A stretch of 64,000 nt of DNA from a virus (taxonomy: Duplodnaviria > Caudoviricetes): positions 1 to 64,000 of IMG/VR virus record IMGVR_UViG_3300006204_000008; one strand, 5' to 3'. The notes beneath the pieces are model-generated. The model was not told the DNA's origin. It saw nothing but the letters and a program-made list of their open reading frames with translations, and did not search any database. Shown here in pieces: positions 45,301-54,652 of the stretch. The position numbers were made by a program, and so were the translations under genes. Positions within the stretch are counted from its first letter, which is position 1, and each line of letters starts with the position of its first letter.

Positions 45301-48046
45301 GCCGAAGATAGAACTGAAAGATGACGGCGCACAGGCGCGGATCGAAGCCATCAAGAGCAGTCTGGCCGGAATCCCGCGTAGCATCAACGTTGCCATCCGT
45401 GTAGCAAATGGGACCGCAGGGGCTATTACCGGAAGTATGCTCAGCCCATATTTGCCGAAACGAGCAGACGCAGAAGGCACCGATGCCTTCCCCGGCGGTA
45501 AAACCCTGGTCAACGAGTTGGGGCCTGAAATCATCCGGGAAGGAGGCCGGGCCAGGATCGCCGCCGGAGGCAGGCCGACCATCACCACGGTAGCGCGGGG
45601 AGCGCAGATTTTTACGGCGGAAGAGACGAGGGATATTCTCTCCGGGCGCGGGCAGGATATCCCACTCGCGTCTTTTGCCTTTGGTGCGAAGAAATCCGGG
45701 TCTATTTCCTCGCTATCCTCTAACGGAACAGGTCTTTCGGAATTTGCCCACAGCAGACCGGCCGGAAGCCAGACCAGCAGCGGGAGCGGCAGCCCAAGCA
45801 GTGCAGGGAAGAAGAGTGCGTCCGGTTCTACCGCGAGAAAGTCCAGCTCTGGAAGCGGGAGTTCCGGGAAGAGCGGCGGCAGCAGCGGAGGCGGAAATGA
45901 TGCACAGCTGGAGGCATTGCAGGCGGATCTTGAGCTTTTGAAGGCGCAGTATAGCTTTCTGGAAGCCTCCGGGGCCGGAGCCGATGCACTCACCGCCAAG
46001 TCCAAAGAAATCCAAACGGCCCTGCATAACATCAACAACTACCTCCGGGCTACCAACGGGGAGGAAAAGGACATCGTGTCCAATTCCACCGACTGGTGGA
46101 AAGAACTTGAAACGATAAAATCCACCATCACGGAGGCTTACGAGGCGGAGCGGGATTTGCTGGACACGGAGATCGAGCTTTCCCAGCGGCAGGGCCTGAA
46201 TGTTGGGACGCAGCTGGAGAAGTATCGTCAAATTCAGGATTCCCTACACAAGCAGGCGCAGTATTTAAGGCAGATCGGCGCATCTCAGGCGGAGATCAAC
46301 AAGCTGTCTTTGGAATGGTGGGATGTTCAAGAGGACATCAAAAAGGCTCAGGAGGATCTTTGGGACGAGTTGAGTGATGCTGTTGATTGGGAACTTCAGC
46401 GGGCGGATGAAGCGCGGGAAGCTGAGATTAAGGCCATTGATTACCTCATTGAGCAGAAGGAAGCGGCGCGGGATGCGGCGAAGGAGGAGAAGGAGACCCA
46501 GGAAAAACTATTACGCATTGAGGAGGCACGGGCCGCGCTGGAAAACGCGAAGAATGAGCGAACGGTCCGAATGTTCAACGCCCAGACCGGGCAGTGGGAA
46601 TGGATTGCAGACCCCAAAACGGTGAAGAGCGCCCAGGATGAGTTGGATGAGGCGGAGAAGGACTGGAGGGAATACCAGGAAGAGCTCGCATACCAGAAAG
46701 AAATCAGGGAGATGGAGCGGCGCAAGAAGGCCATCAACGATCAATATGATGAGTTGGAAAAGTCCTGGAAGAAGATCACCCAGAGTATGCAGCAGCCAGC
46801 CCGGAAAATCAGTGACATTCTTGATGACATTGCTAAGAATGGCACGCCGCAGATGAAGGCGCAGATTGGTAATGTAAATAAGCTTCTGGGCGACCTTGGG
46901 AACTACATCAAGGGGGTTATCGGAATCGGTACAGGTGACAGCTACTTCGACGAGTATTGGAGTCAGCCCTTTGACCAGACGAAGGTTGACGAGGTTGTCA
47001 CCCAAGGCAAGGACTACAGTCAAGACACAGCGGACTATCACGCGATGATGGAACGGGCCTCGAATGTGGATGACTTTTACTACTTTGCGGCACAGCGGCA
47101 AGCCAAAATGGAGGCGTTAGGCATCAAGGCAGGGGTGGACAAGGACGCCAACGGGAACGTTTATAAGACCAATGAGCAGATTTGGAAGGAATGGCAGGCA
47201 AATCATAAGGGGTGGGAAAATGTTCCGACGAACATGGGAGCGCCCTACACACCGGTAACCGGCGGTGGGAAGACTTATGCTTCAGTAAACGGCAAGGCCC
47301 CGGCTGGGATGAAGGTTGGGGACCAAGTAGTTACCCAGGGCGGAACTTATGAAATCACGGGATTCAACCCCGATGGTACTTATCAATCTAAGTATGTGAG
47401 TGATACCACTAAGGACACCTATAAGGGTAGTTACGCTAACAGCTCCGGTTCTTCCTCATCTGGAAGCTCTGGCAGCAAGGGAAGCGGTTCTTCCTCCGGG
47501 TCCTCTTCTTCCGGCAACAAGGGTGGCGGGACATATGCTTCTGTCAACGGTAAAGCCCCCTCCGGCCTGTCAGCAGGGGACAAGGTAGTCACTCAGGGCG
47601 GCACATACAAAATCACAGGTGTCAATAAGGATGGGTCCTACCAGTCTCAAAAGGTGTCAAGTCAGACAAAGAGCGACTATGAGAAAAATGGCGGCACCTA
47701 CTCCAAGAAGTACGATGAAGGCGGCATCCTTCGCGGCCTGGGCGGCATCAAGGCTACAGCGGAAAATGAAATGGTCCTGCCCCCGGACATCACTGCCGCC
47801 CTGCTCAAACCAAGCGCGGACGCTGTGTTCCAGCAGAGAATGAAGGAGCTGGGGCTGATTTATGGTACGCCCCAGCGTCTTGGACCTCAGCTGGCGGGCA
47901 TGGCCAGGACAGGGAACAACTATGACCACTCTGGCCCGGAGTATCATATGGGCAATATCACCCTCAGCGAGGCCCAGGCAAAGAGCATGACAGTCTATGA
48001 TCTGGCGCAGAAGGCGAGGAATCTGACTCTATTCAATGGAAGATAG
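42398..48046 (+). CDS. Tail tape measure protein
   Basis: 1882 aa, Ala/Glu-rich coiled coil; TP901-type core (GNNFATS...AAIGTVTAVTQRSGTEAATALRALF). Confidence 0.92.
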   Translation: MAEIVTLKVNVDRGQLTALQADLAKLQSKTVDIKVNASGFAALDKNIVKNINSVSRFVNAASRLEKTQAQVRIAQERTAQATQRRMTAESQLAAQQARLATQNARTATEEARLATQTQKTATEEAKAATQAQRVAQERAKLATQTQRTATEEARLATQQERTRTAQARASASQQRMIRSTNEATQANNNLITSLASSAKGMAQSMLTAALIYKPVQSFKEALETMKAVDAELVNVGKVTKWPEERLKAMGEQAYKTASEYGVAANEYLSSVTEFTRAGYLGQSEALAELANKTQIVGDTTADVANQFLLAVDKGYQMGGSVEKLSAVLDGANEIGNNFATSIPKIAEGLGKVAPIGAQAKVGIDELSAAIGTVTAVTQRSGTEAATALRALFLNIMGDTKTEIDEGVTWTTGEIAGLRDVLNIYASDVVAAADATGSLINPMEAIGALSQSMKDGVLTEQKLMEMVSDIGGKLRTSQLLALIQNWDMYEAMLDKYENAAGSADREVERAMDSWGRKTEVLKNTWTQFVSHIVETDTIKGTITGVTDVISGLDTQFGHVALSVGTWTLGIMGAAKAVNALGTAFASSKLMSGINYLRSMNALGGAQGVMKGLGFLIKTNPVIAGGLAFAGLYTLVKELREVAPTVEHARDEIEKLQAQLEEGFGGGSEYEDLLSRADSLTAAEQQRLTILKAQKQALEGQIEDTKELEFARFQNNLGIGNERQEMSGKTIDETRLDKMRKTQESLTEAFQAGEIGATEFKKGLTDLISESEEYYNALVKYKDAGYDLTQAQKATIERYESIAQLLGTAENGYLSAAVALERFDAAAEVGGKTLLNGDALKKSLEEAGATAEQIESILANIGEDENTILIDIEADPKAALDALKEVGIAAENADGTIEIDYSAFSGLMSQLGYTNEEASSLTQNLRELGNVTFTNLPGQMDATGAKIESVSERTQNAKRQLDALGRTKAQPKIELKDDGAQARIEAIKSSLAGIPRSINVAIRVANGTAGAITGSMLSPYLPKRADAEGTDAFPGGKTLVNELGPEIIREGGRARIAAGGRPTITTVARGAQIFTAEETRDILSGRGQDIPLASFAFGAKKSGSISSLSSNGTGLSEFAHSRPAGSQTSSGSGSPSSAGKKSASGSTARKSSSGSGSSGKSGGSSGGGNDAQLEALQADLELLKAQYSFLEASGAGADALTAKSKEIQTALHNINNYLRATNGEEKDIVSNSTDWWKELETIKSTITEAYEAERDLLDTEIELSQRQGLNVGTQLEKYRQIQDSLHKQAQYLRQIGASQAEINKLSLEWWDVQEDIKKAQEDLWDELSDAVDWELQRADEAREAEIKAIDYLIEQKEAARDAAKEEKETQEKLLRIEEARAALENAKNERTVRMFNAQTGQWEWIADPKTVKSAQDELDEAEKDWREYQEELAYQKEIREMERRKKAINDQYDELEKSWKKITQSMQQPARKISDILDDIAKNGTPQMKAQIGNVNKLLGDLGNYIKGVIGIGTGDSYFDEYWSQPFDQTKVDEVVTQGKDYSQDTADYHAMMERASNVDDFYYFAAQRQAKMEALGIKAGVDKDANGNVYKTNEQIWKEWQANHKGWENVPTNMGAPYTPVTGGGKTYASVNGKAPAGMKVGDQVVTQGGTYEITGFNPDGTYQSKYVSDTTKDTYKGSYANSSGSSSSGSSGSKGSGSSSGSSSSGNKGGGTYASVNGKAPSGLSAGDKVVTQGGTYKITGVNKDGSYQSQKVSSQTKSDYEKNGGTYSKKYDEGGILRGLGGIKATAENEMVLPPDITAALLKPSADAVFQQRMKELGLIYGTPQRLGPQLAGMARTGNNYDHSGPEYHMGNITLSEAQAKSMTVYDLAQKARNLTLFNGR

Positions 48047-48092
48047 GATGATTTGGAGCCTGTGATACGATGGAGGTGGGAGGTGAAAAGCT

Positions 48093-48338
48093 GTGCAAAA
48101 TCTATATTTAATACAATCTGCTGCGGGAAAGAGTGTGAGCGAATTGGAACAGGAACGGTTTGCTTTGCTTGAAAAAGCAAAATTCGTTCTTGGAGAAGGT
48201 GATTTTGAAATACGCAGGGTAATTCCTGCTATTGGCATGGCCGTTTTGCATGGGAATTCTGAAGGTCTCAATTCTTTATTCTGCGGGGATTCGGCATTGT
48301 TTTGGATGGATAGTCCGGTGGAAAGAATCGGTAGCTGA
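48093..48338 (+). CDS. Hypothetical protein
   Basis: GGAGG SD; 81 aa. Confidence 0.4.
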   Translation: MQNLYLIQSAAGKSVSELEQERFALLEKAKFVLGEGDFEIRRVIPAIGMAVLHGNSEGLNSLFCGDSALFWMDSPVERIGS

Positions 48339-48354
48339 GAGAGGAGTAAATTAT

Positions 48355-48405
48355 ATGACAAATTGCACAATTACCAATAAATGGATGCGGGGGGGGGGGC
48401 TCTAG
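48355..48405 (+). CDS. Poly-G leader peptide 4 (MTNCTITNKWMRGGGL*), G11 at 48389-48399
   Basis: GAGGAG SD; with 10 or 13 G it would extend to TGA 48452-48454, just past ATG 48442. Confidence 0.7.
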   Translation: MTNCTITNKWMRGGGL

Positions 48406-48441
48406 CCTACTAACCGTCAAAATGACGAAGGGGGTGCTGGT

Positions 48442-49053
48442 ATGCCTCTGGTGAATGGGAAATATCAGGCCCCAAACTGGAAGAACGGACAGGCCCCGGC
48501 CATTGACGCAGCGGAGCTGCAAGCAATCTGCGATAGATTGCAGGCGCTGGATAATTCTACAGCCTCTCCTATACTGGAGTTTGACGAGACAAAGATAGAC
48601 ACGGTTGCGTCTTCTGGTAAGAGGATTGAATTGGTGGCTCCTTTGATGCCTTACTTTAAAGCTGTGGAATGCTCCGCTTACCTACAGCTACTTGAGACGT
48701 TGTCGGAAGCCCCCAATTATCAGTTGGAATTTGTGAACTCCTATAATAATGCGGTTAAAATAAATTACTATAGGGATGGACAAACCGTAGCCAATAATGT
48801 TGATGCAATAGTTCTACCTGGAGGACCAAAAAGAAATGGAGAGAGGCTATCAATAAATTGGGGGTGGAATGATGTTTCGACTAGTGGTGTCATCACAAAA
48901 CTAGATTATTGGGCACAAAATAACGGTGGATTCATCAAGAGTACGTTTTATATCTGGTGTGATAGTTTGATCCAGAGGGTTTATTTGAAAAACTATAATG
49001 GGACAACAAAGGTTACTGGGAGAATGGCAAGATTGGGAGTTTTGGAAACATGA
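48442..49053 (+). CDS. Cassette 4 putative receptor-binding protein
   Basis: MPLVNGKYQAPNWKNGQAPAIDAAELQAICDRLQ (same subtype as cassette 1); unique AT-rich C-terminal domain. Confidence 0.6.
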   Translation: MPLVNGKYQAPNWKNGQAPAIDAAELQAICDRLQALDNSTASPILEFDETKIDTVASSGKRIELVAPLMPYFKAVECSAYLQLLETLSEAPNYQLEFVNSYNNAVKINYYRDGQTVANNVDAIVLPGGPKRNGERLSINWGWNDVSTSGVITKLDYWAQNNGGFIKSTFYIWCDSLIQRVYLKNYNGTTKVTGRMARLGVLET

Positions 49054-49107
49054 CACTCCCCACAGCTAAAGCCGGGGGAGTGTCAACGATAGACCATTTT
49101 TCAAATG

Positions 49108-49192
49108 TCAAAGATTACTTAACGTCCCATCCCCCAGGACAATGGCGTTGGACAGATTGCCAAATACCAGCACCAGAGCCTGATCCCCCACG
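49108..49192 (-). pseudogene. 3' fragment of a homologue of the 14106-14396 gene
   Basis: Minus strand encodes VGDQALVLVFGNLSNAIVLGDGTLSNL*, versus VGDQALVLVFGNQSNAIVLGDGLLQNL*. Confidence 0.75.
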
Positions 49193-49404
49193 GCCTTGGA
49201 CGCTGCGGCTCTACAAGCGATGAGTGACGCTATTGTAGCGAACCAGACGAAGAACACGTCCCACGATTCCACCATCTCATCCATGCAGTCAGCAATCTCG
49301 GCGTTACAAAGTGGTGGATTGATAGTGGAAGTGGTGCGCCAACTGCATCAACGCAACTTAATGTTTCTGGCTCGACATACCATTTCTTGGAAATCTGGGT
49401 ATAA
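49193..49404 (+). pseudogene. Remnant seventh cassette: no leader or start, internal frameshifting deletion
   Basis: ALDAAALQAMSDAIV... in one frame; from 49315 another frame gives WIDSGSGAPTASTQLNVSGSTYHFLEIWV*, the head-domain C-terminal motif. Confidence 0.7.
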
Positions 49405-49441
49405 TTCAGGCTAACATCTGCGTAAAAGGAGGAGTAAACGA

Positions 49442-50401
49442 ATGGAACGAGAAAAAATACCGCCTGCGGAGCAGCAGCGGCGGTACAACGAATTGGAGCA
49501 GGAGACCAGCACAGACTTGGCGTATTTCTATTGCTGCATCGCTTTTGATGTTCCCTTCGCTCCAGAAGCGGTACCCAAGGACGAGGGGGCGGACCGGTGG
49601 GTGCAGTACCTCAAGAACCTAGCCCGGATGCCGCAATATCTGGACCGGAAGGGCAAGTATCTGAGCTTCCTGGCCGGGAGGACGAACGTCCTGGAGATTT
49701 TTGGGGCCAGCTTGGATGTGGGACGGTTCCGGGAAGCTCTGGAGGACGGCAAGCCCGGGACCCGGGAGCAGAGGGAGACTTGGGGTGTGGGGCCTAAAAA
49801 ATATCCCTACACCGCGGAAGATTATGACGAGCTGGACCGGACTTATAAAATCCTCTCCTCAGATTTGGAGAAGGCCGGGGGCGTGTCTGTGAAGCAGGAG
49901 TTTGTCCTTCGCCGCTGCTCCACCCGTACCCTTGAAATGAAACGGCTTGAGGACGCGGGCCGCCTAGACTCAGCCAAAAAGCTCCAGGAAATGATTCAAA
50001 AGGACCTGGAATCGGAACAGCTACGCAAAAAGGACGCCAAGCCCGTTGAAGACTTCCGGCTGGATTCCCTGGCCGACGCACTGGAGAAGGCGGGGCTGAT
50101 GCGGGAGGGAAAGTGGTGCCCCCCCGATGAGGCGTTTGAAATCTTCTTTGGGCATCCCCCTGCCTACCCTTACACCCGGGATGCGGCGGATCAGATGATC
50201 CTCATCAATGAGAACCGGATGCGGAACAACGACGGCCTGCCGGAGCTGGGGATTCTGCCGGACGAAATGCGTCTGGTGGATGAGCTGGGCGAGTTTGCCC
50301 AGGAGCAAAGTCCCAGAGAAGTGACAGCGTATGAAAAGCTGGGCCTGGTGAAAATGCCCCCTGTGGGGCAGGGGGAAAGCCCGGAGGAGGGCGGGAACTG
50401 A
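49442..50401 (+). CDS. Putative terminase small subunit
   Basis: Directly upstream of the large terminase; helical, 319 aa. Confidence 0.5.
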   Translation: MEREKIPPAEQQRRYNELEQETSTDLAYFYCCIAFDVPFAPEAVPKDEGADRWVQYLKNLARMPQYLDRKGKYLSFLAGRTNVLEIFGASLDVGRFREALEDGKPGTREQRETWGVGPKKYPYTAEDYDELDRTYKILSSDLEKAGGVSVKQEFVLRRCSTRTLEMKRLEDAGRLDSAKKLQEMIQKDLESEQLRKKDAKPVEDFRLDSLADALEKAGLMREGKWCPPDEAFEIFFGHPPAYPYTRDAADQMILINENRMRNNDGLPELGILPDEMRLVDELGEFAQEQSPREVTAYEKLGLVKMPPVGQGESPEEGGN

Positions 50402-50417
50402 TGGGAAAGGAGGAAGC

Positions 50418-52274
50418 ATGGCCCATAGGACAGGGAAAGCCTATATCAACAACCTGGGATGGGTGAGCAAGAAGGCCACAGCAGACCGGGACTATCAGGG
50501 CTATGAGGACGCCGTGGGGGCGTTTGTGCTTTGGGTGTTCCGGTGGTACCCGGACAAGCTCTTGGACATCCTGCGAAGCCCGGAGGCAGATTATAAAAAC
50601 GAAGAGCTGATCCAGCGGGTTATGATGCGGGCTTATGCCAGAAAACAGCGGGTCAGTTTTACGGGCTGCCGGGGCCTGACCAAGACTTCCACCAAGTTCA
50701 AGTCCAAGCTCATTGACGGGTTGGTTTGGCCCGGAACACAATCCAGTTACTACGGACCGTCCTATAAACAGATGGCGGCGATTGCCTCCAAGACCTTCCA
50801 CCAGATCGCTCATGATTACCCCGTTTTGGCGGGGATGTGGCGGGTGGCGGCGGAATCCAAGGACGATTTCAAGATCCAGACTGTGTTCGGCTCTACCTTT
50901 TCCATCGCCGCCATGCGCGGAGACAATATCCATGATGTGACGGCGGAGGAGTATGCCCAGGAAGAGAACCCTGCCTTTGACTATCTGGAATATAAGCGGG
51001 TGGTGCTTCCGGCAGTGCGCCTGTGGCATAACGTCCTGGGCGCCCCGGATGAGAACTATATCGGCTACAAACGCCATGCCATCACCTCCGCCGGACGGAA
51101 GCAGAATCATGCTTATCAGACCCGGTGTCGGGTGGCGAAGGCTATGAATGAGGGCGAGAGTGCTTTTGCCATGGATATCTCCTGGGAGAGCGTAGTCCTG
51201 CAGCTCATGCGGCCTTTCGATTGGGCGGCGGACCTGAAAGAAGAACTGACCCCAGAGGAGTGGATGCGGGAGATGGAGAGCCGTTACACAGGAACCGATG
51301 AGTTCCCCATGCTCACGGAAGAAACCCTGCTGGACAGCCAGAGAAACGCCGTGATGGAGCGGCAGCACTGCTGCAAGGAAGCGGAATGCAAGCTGCGGCC
51401 CGAGGATGTGATCTACATCGTGGGCTACGACGTGTCCTACGAGGACAGCGCCCGCAACGCCAAGTGTGCTCTGGTGGTGCTGAAACTCACCCGGTACAAG
51501 AACTATATGAAGCGCAACGTGTACTGCAAGGAAGTGGTCTATGTGGATGACTGGCCCCCGCCGGACAATCAGATGGTGCAGGCGCGAAAGCTGAAGGACG
51601 TGTGGAATCGTTTCTGCTATGAGGGCAGCGAGACCTATATCGCCATTGACTGCTGGCAGTACGGCAAGGGCGTGGTGGAATGCTTGATGATGGACCTGGC
51701 CGACGGACTGCCGCCACTGTGTGTGTATGAGCACGCCATGTACCGGGACACGGAGCTTCCCGGATCTTTGCCGGTGATCTACCCCATCAAGGCCGGCGGT
51801 GCGGGGGTGACGGATCCGGACTTTGAGATGATCAAGTATGCCCAGACCCAGTTTGACAACCACAATGTATCCTTACTGTTGGGGAATCAGCGGGAGGGTG
51901 TAGAGGCATACAAGCGGTATCACAACATCAAGACGGATATGCAGGACTGGTATATCGTCAAGCCATATCAGAAGTGCCGGGAGCTGGTGGGGCAGATCCA
52001 GAATCTGAAGCTCATGCCCTCTGGCGCTGGAATGAGTGAGAAGCGGATCAGTAAAAGTATCCAGCGTGACAGCTGGTCAGCTTTGAAGTATGCCCTGCGC
52101 TTTGCCCAGCGGTTAGAATGGCAGAATCTGCGGCAGAGGAACCGGAGCAGCGATTGGGACGAACTTCTGAGGCAGTACGAGGACAAGGCCCCTGGACGCT
52201 CTGATCTTCTCTCCTGGGGAGGACGAGGGAAAGGGAGGCTGGCGACACAGAGGAAAGGAGGCAGATTATTTTGA
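50418..52274 (+). CDS. terL: Terminase large subunit (SPbeta YonF-like)
   Basis: RGLTKT Walker A variant, AMRGD...EEYAQE Walker B region, ITSAG, nuclease GYDVS and IAIDC. Confidence 0.85.
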   Translation: MAHRTGKAYINNLGWVSKKATADRDYQGYEDAVGAFVLWVFRWYPDKLLDILRSPEADYKNEELIQRVMMRAYARKQRVSFTGCRGLTKTSTKFKSKLIDGLVWPGTQSSYYGPSYKQMAAIASKTFHQIAHDYPVLAGMWRVAAESKDDFKIQTVFGSTFSIAAMRGDNIHDVTAEEYAQEENPAFDYLEYKRVVLPAVRLWHNVLGAPDENYIGYKRHAITSAGRKQNHAYQTRCRVAKAMNEGESAFAMDISWESVVLQLMRPFDWAADLKEELTPEEWMREMESRYTGTDEFPMLTEETLLDSQRNAVMERQHCCKEAECKLRPEDVIYIVGYDVSYEDSARNAKCALVVLKLTRYKNYMKRNVYCKEVVYVDDWPPPDNQMVQARKLKDVWNRFCYEGSETYIAIDCWQYGKGVVECLMMDLADGLPPLCVYEHAMYRDTELPGSLPVIYPIKAGGAGVTDPDFEMIKYAQTQFDNHNVSLLLGNQREGVEAYKRYHNIKTDMQDWYIVKPYQKCRELVGQIQNLKLMPSGAGMSEKRISKSIQRDSWSALKYALRFAQRLEWQNLRQRNRSSDWDELLRQYEDKAPGRSDLLSWGGRGKGRLATQRKGGRLF

Positions 52275-52612
52275 GCAGCGCAAAGGAAAAAGTGTGGAAG
52301 GTCTGGGCTATGCCTTTCGGCGAAGATACGTCCCGGGAGGCCCAATCCTTTCCCTGCTGCCGGATCACGAAAGACTATATTCTGGTCTACAGCCCGCAGC
52401 CGCCCGAGGGAGCGGCGGTGGAGGTTGGAGCGGAAGAACTGTACCGGCTGACCGGGCAGGACAATGACTGGCTCCTGGGGGCACTCCTGGAGCAGCTGGG
52501 ACGCAGGATGAAGGAAGAGGAAAAAGAAATCCAGTCCCGCCTGCGGGAGAAGGTGGAACAGCTGGCTGCTGAGCTGCAGAAGGAAGCAGAGAAAGAAGGG
52601 CTGCCCTTATGA
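52271..52612 (+). CDS. Hypothetical protein between terminase and portal
   Basis: Overlaps both neighbours. Confidence 0.55.
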   Translation: MSSAKEKVWKVWAMPFGEDTSREAQSFPCCRITKDYILVYSPQPPEGAAVEVGAEELYRLTGQDNDWLLGALLEQLGRRMKEEEKEIQSRLREKVEQLAAELQKEAEKEGLPL

Positions 52613-54390
52613 GAGAAGCACGGAATCTGACGGAAGATTTACAGCAGGCGGCATTCGGCTCCTACCAGGAAATCTTTGATACGTTCCGCACTTTGTCACA
52701 GAAGTATGGGAACCTGTCGCAGGACGGCATGATCGCCGCCTTTACGCGGGTGAGCGGGCAGGGGGCTTTCCTCAATAACCCCTACATACAGAACCGGCGG
52801 GTGAAAGGTATTTCCTCTCTTCCGGCGGACTTCACCAAGGACCAGGTGGGGGAGATGCTGCGAAGCGCGGAGAGCAACGAGCAGCCCCTGCGGCAGGTGG
52901 AGCATGGGTTGGAGTATACGGCTTATCCGCTGCTCCACATGAGAAAGGTCTACCAGGACCTCCTGACCTATCACAACTGCTTTACGCCGGCTTTTGTAGA
53001 CAGGGAGGACGTGAAGAAGGATTCCTTCTGGCGGGAATGGCGGCTGCTGGAAAAGATGAGACGGGAACTGAACCCAGGACGATGGGCCCATCAGATCGCC
53101 GGTCAGGCCATGCAGGAGGGGAAGGTGTTCTATGTTCCCCGGGTGGAGGTGGACAAGAGCCACAATGAAGTCTGCCACGCCTTTCTGCAGCAGCTGCCGT
53201 CGGACTGGACCAAAATCGTGGGGTTCAACAATAAGTCGAAGTATACGGTGTCGTTCAATCTCTTCTACTTCCTGCAGCCGGGGACGAACCCGCTCCAATT
53301 CGGGGACCTGTTCCTGCCTTACCTGGACCCGTTCTTTTCCCTCCTGCCGCCAAAGCCCCCGAAAGGGACGGGCAGGACGGTTCTGTACGCATCCAAGAAT
53401 GCCTTGGACCTGACACGGTTTGAGGCCATGCAGAAAGCGGGGACGCTGGGAGGAGAAGTGGATGCCTATTATCAAAACGGGCGTTGGTTCTATTGGGTGA
53501 CCCTCCCCGTGGAGAAAGTCTTTCCCTTTGAGATAGACGATGCCAACCGGGCAGTGGTATCCCCGTGGACGGGCCTGTTTTTGAGCCTGATCCAGCTGGC
53601 CCAGTATGAGCAGGTGCAGCTGGAGCTGGTGCAGAACCCGCTGATTTCCCTGCTGACGGGGGAAATCCCTTATTATGATTCCCAGTCCTCCAAACTGGAG
53701 GATACCTACCGGCTGTCCAGGACGGGCCAGAAGATGTTTGAAAGTTTCTGGTACCAGATGTTGGAGCAGAGCAACACCAGCGGGATCGGCCTTTACATGG
53801 CTCCCCTGGCAAATATGAAGCTCCACACGCTGTCGGAAGCCCCTGGCGCCACGGAGATCAGTTCCAATGGCTACGCTTACACCATGGCGAAGGCAGGGCT
53901 GGCGGGCATCATCCCCACGAAGGAGGATCCGAAGGCCGGACTAGCGCAGATATCATTCAAGATCGAGAGCCGCTTTGCACAGCAGATTTATGGCGATTTT
54001 GAGCGGATGGTAAACTGCATCGTGAAGGGCCTGCATCTGAACTACCGATGGACTTTCCGTATGTTTGGAGATCTGGCGACAGACCCGGAGTTGGAGGAGG
54101 GCGCCCGAAAAGGTATGACTTTGGGCATCCTGCCAGACACCATTTTGTACAACGCCCTGCACGACCGCAGCATATTGGATGATATGTCGGTATCCTTCGC
54201 GGTGGCGGAAAGTGGTATCATGGACGCACGGCTTCCCTTGGTGACCAGCTACAGCGCCAAGAATCCGGACAGCGGTCTGCCGCCGGAGGTAAAGCACGAG
54301 CTGAACCCTGGGGGACGCCCGGACAGCGGAGGGAAGGCTACGTCGGAAGGCCAGGAGCAGGACATTGACCAGGGAGGAGGCACGGTGTGA
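52609..54390 (+). CDS. Portal protein
   Basis: 593 aa after the terminase; helical; ends with a GGRP-containing low-complexity tail typical of portals. Confidence 0.7.
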   Translation: MREARNLTEDLQQAAFGSYQEIFDTFRTLSQKYGNLSQDGMIAAFTRVSGQGAFLNNPYIQNRRVKGISSLPADFTKDQVGEMLRSAESNEQPLRQVEHGLEYTAYPLLHMRKVYQDLLTYHNCFTPAFVDREDVKKDSFWREWRLLEKMRRELNPGRWAHQIAGQAMQEGKVFYVPRVEVDKSHNEVCHAFLQQLPSDWTKIVGFNNKSKYTVSFNLFYFLQPGTNPLQFGDLFLPYLDPFFSLLPPKPPKGTGRTVLYASKNALDLTRFEAMQKAGTLGGEVDAYYQNGRWFYWVTLPVEKVFPFEIDDANRAVVSPWTGLFLSLIQLAQYEQVQLELVQNPLISLLTGEIPYYDSQSSKLEDTYRLSRTGQKMFESFWYQMLEQSNTSGIGLYMAPLANMKLHTLSEAPGATEISSNGYAYTMAKAGLAGIIPTKEDPKAGLAQISFKIESRFAQQIYGDFERMVNCIVKGLHLNYRWTFRMFGDLATDPELEEGARKGMTLGILPDTILYNALHDRSILDDMSVSFAVAESGIMDARLPLVTSYSAKNPDSGLPPEVKHELNPGGRPDSGGKATSEGQEQDIDQGGGTV

Positions 54391-54391
54391 G

Positions 54392-54577
54392 ATGGGGAAA
54401 GTGAGAGTAAGTGCGGCGGACCTGCGGTGCATCAACGACGCCCTGGAATCCGGGTGTGATGTGCGCATCCAGAATGTAAAAGGCGGCTACCGCATCATTG
54501 CGGAGCGGCCCAAGGTATTGAAGCGAGAACCGGACCGGGAAAACAGAACGGAGGAAAATACATGGCAAAGTGTATAA
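54392..54577 (+). CDS. Small hypothetical protein
   Basis: 61-aa ORF; its 3' end overlaps leader 5. Confidence 0.45.
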   Translation: MGKVRVSAADLRCINDALESGCDVRIQNVKGGYRIIAERPKVLKREPDRENRTEENTWQSV

Positions 54578-54621
54578 ATACCACTATTTACCAGTGGGGG
54601 GGGGGCGATCTAGCCTCCTGA
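54562..54621 (+). CDS. Poly-G leader peptide 5 (MAKCINTTIYQWGGGDLAS*), G10 at 54596-54605
   Basis: GGAGG SD; with 8 or 11 G it would end at TGA 54651-54653, overlapping ATG 54653. Confidence 0.7.
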   Translation: MAKCINTTIYQWGGGDLAS

Positions 54622-54652
54622 CTGGCAGAATGCCCAAAAGGGGGTGCGTCTG

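Noticed and set aside
13309-48405. Stop-codon readthrough, selenocysteine or alternative genetic code joining leaders to downstream genes
   Set aside because: The in-frame stop is TGA in three cassettes and TAG in one, cassettes 5 and 6 are not in frame, and ordinary genes here end in all three stops.
49052-49084. IS200/IS605 element end
   Set aside because: The hairpin loop resembles such ends, but there is no tnpA/tnpB nearby; a terminator-like hairpin between convergent genes is the simpler reading.
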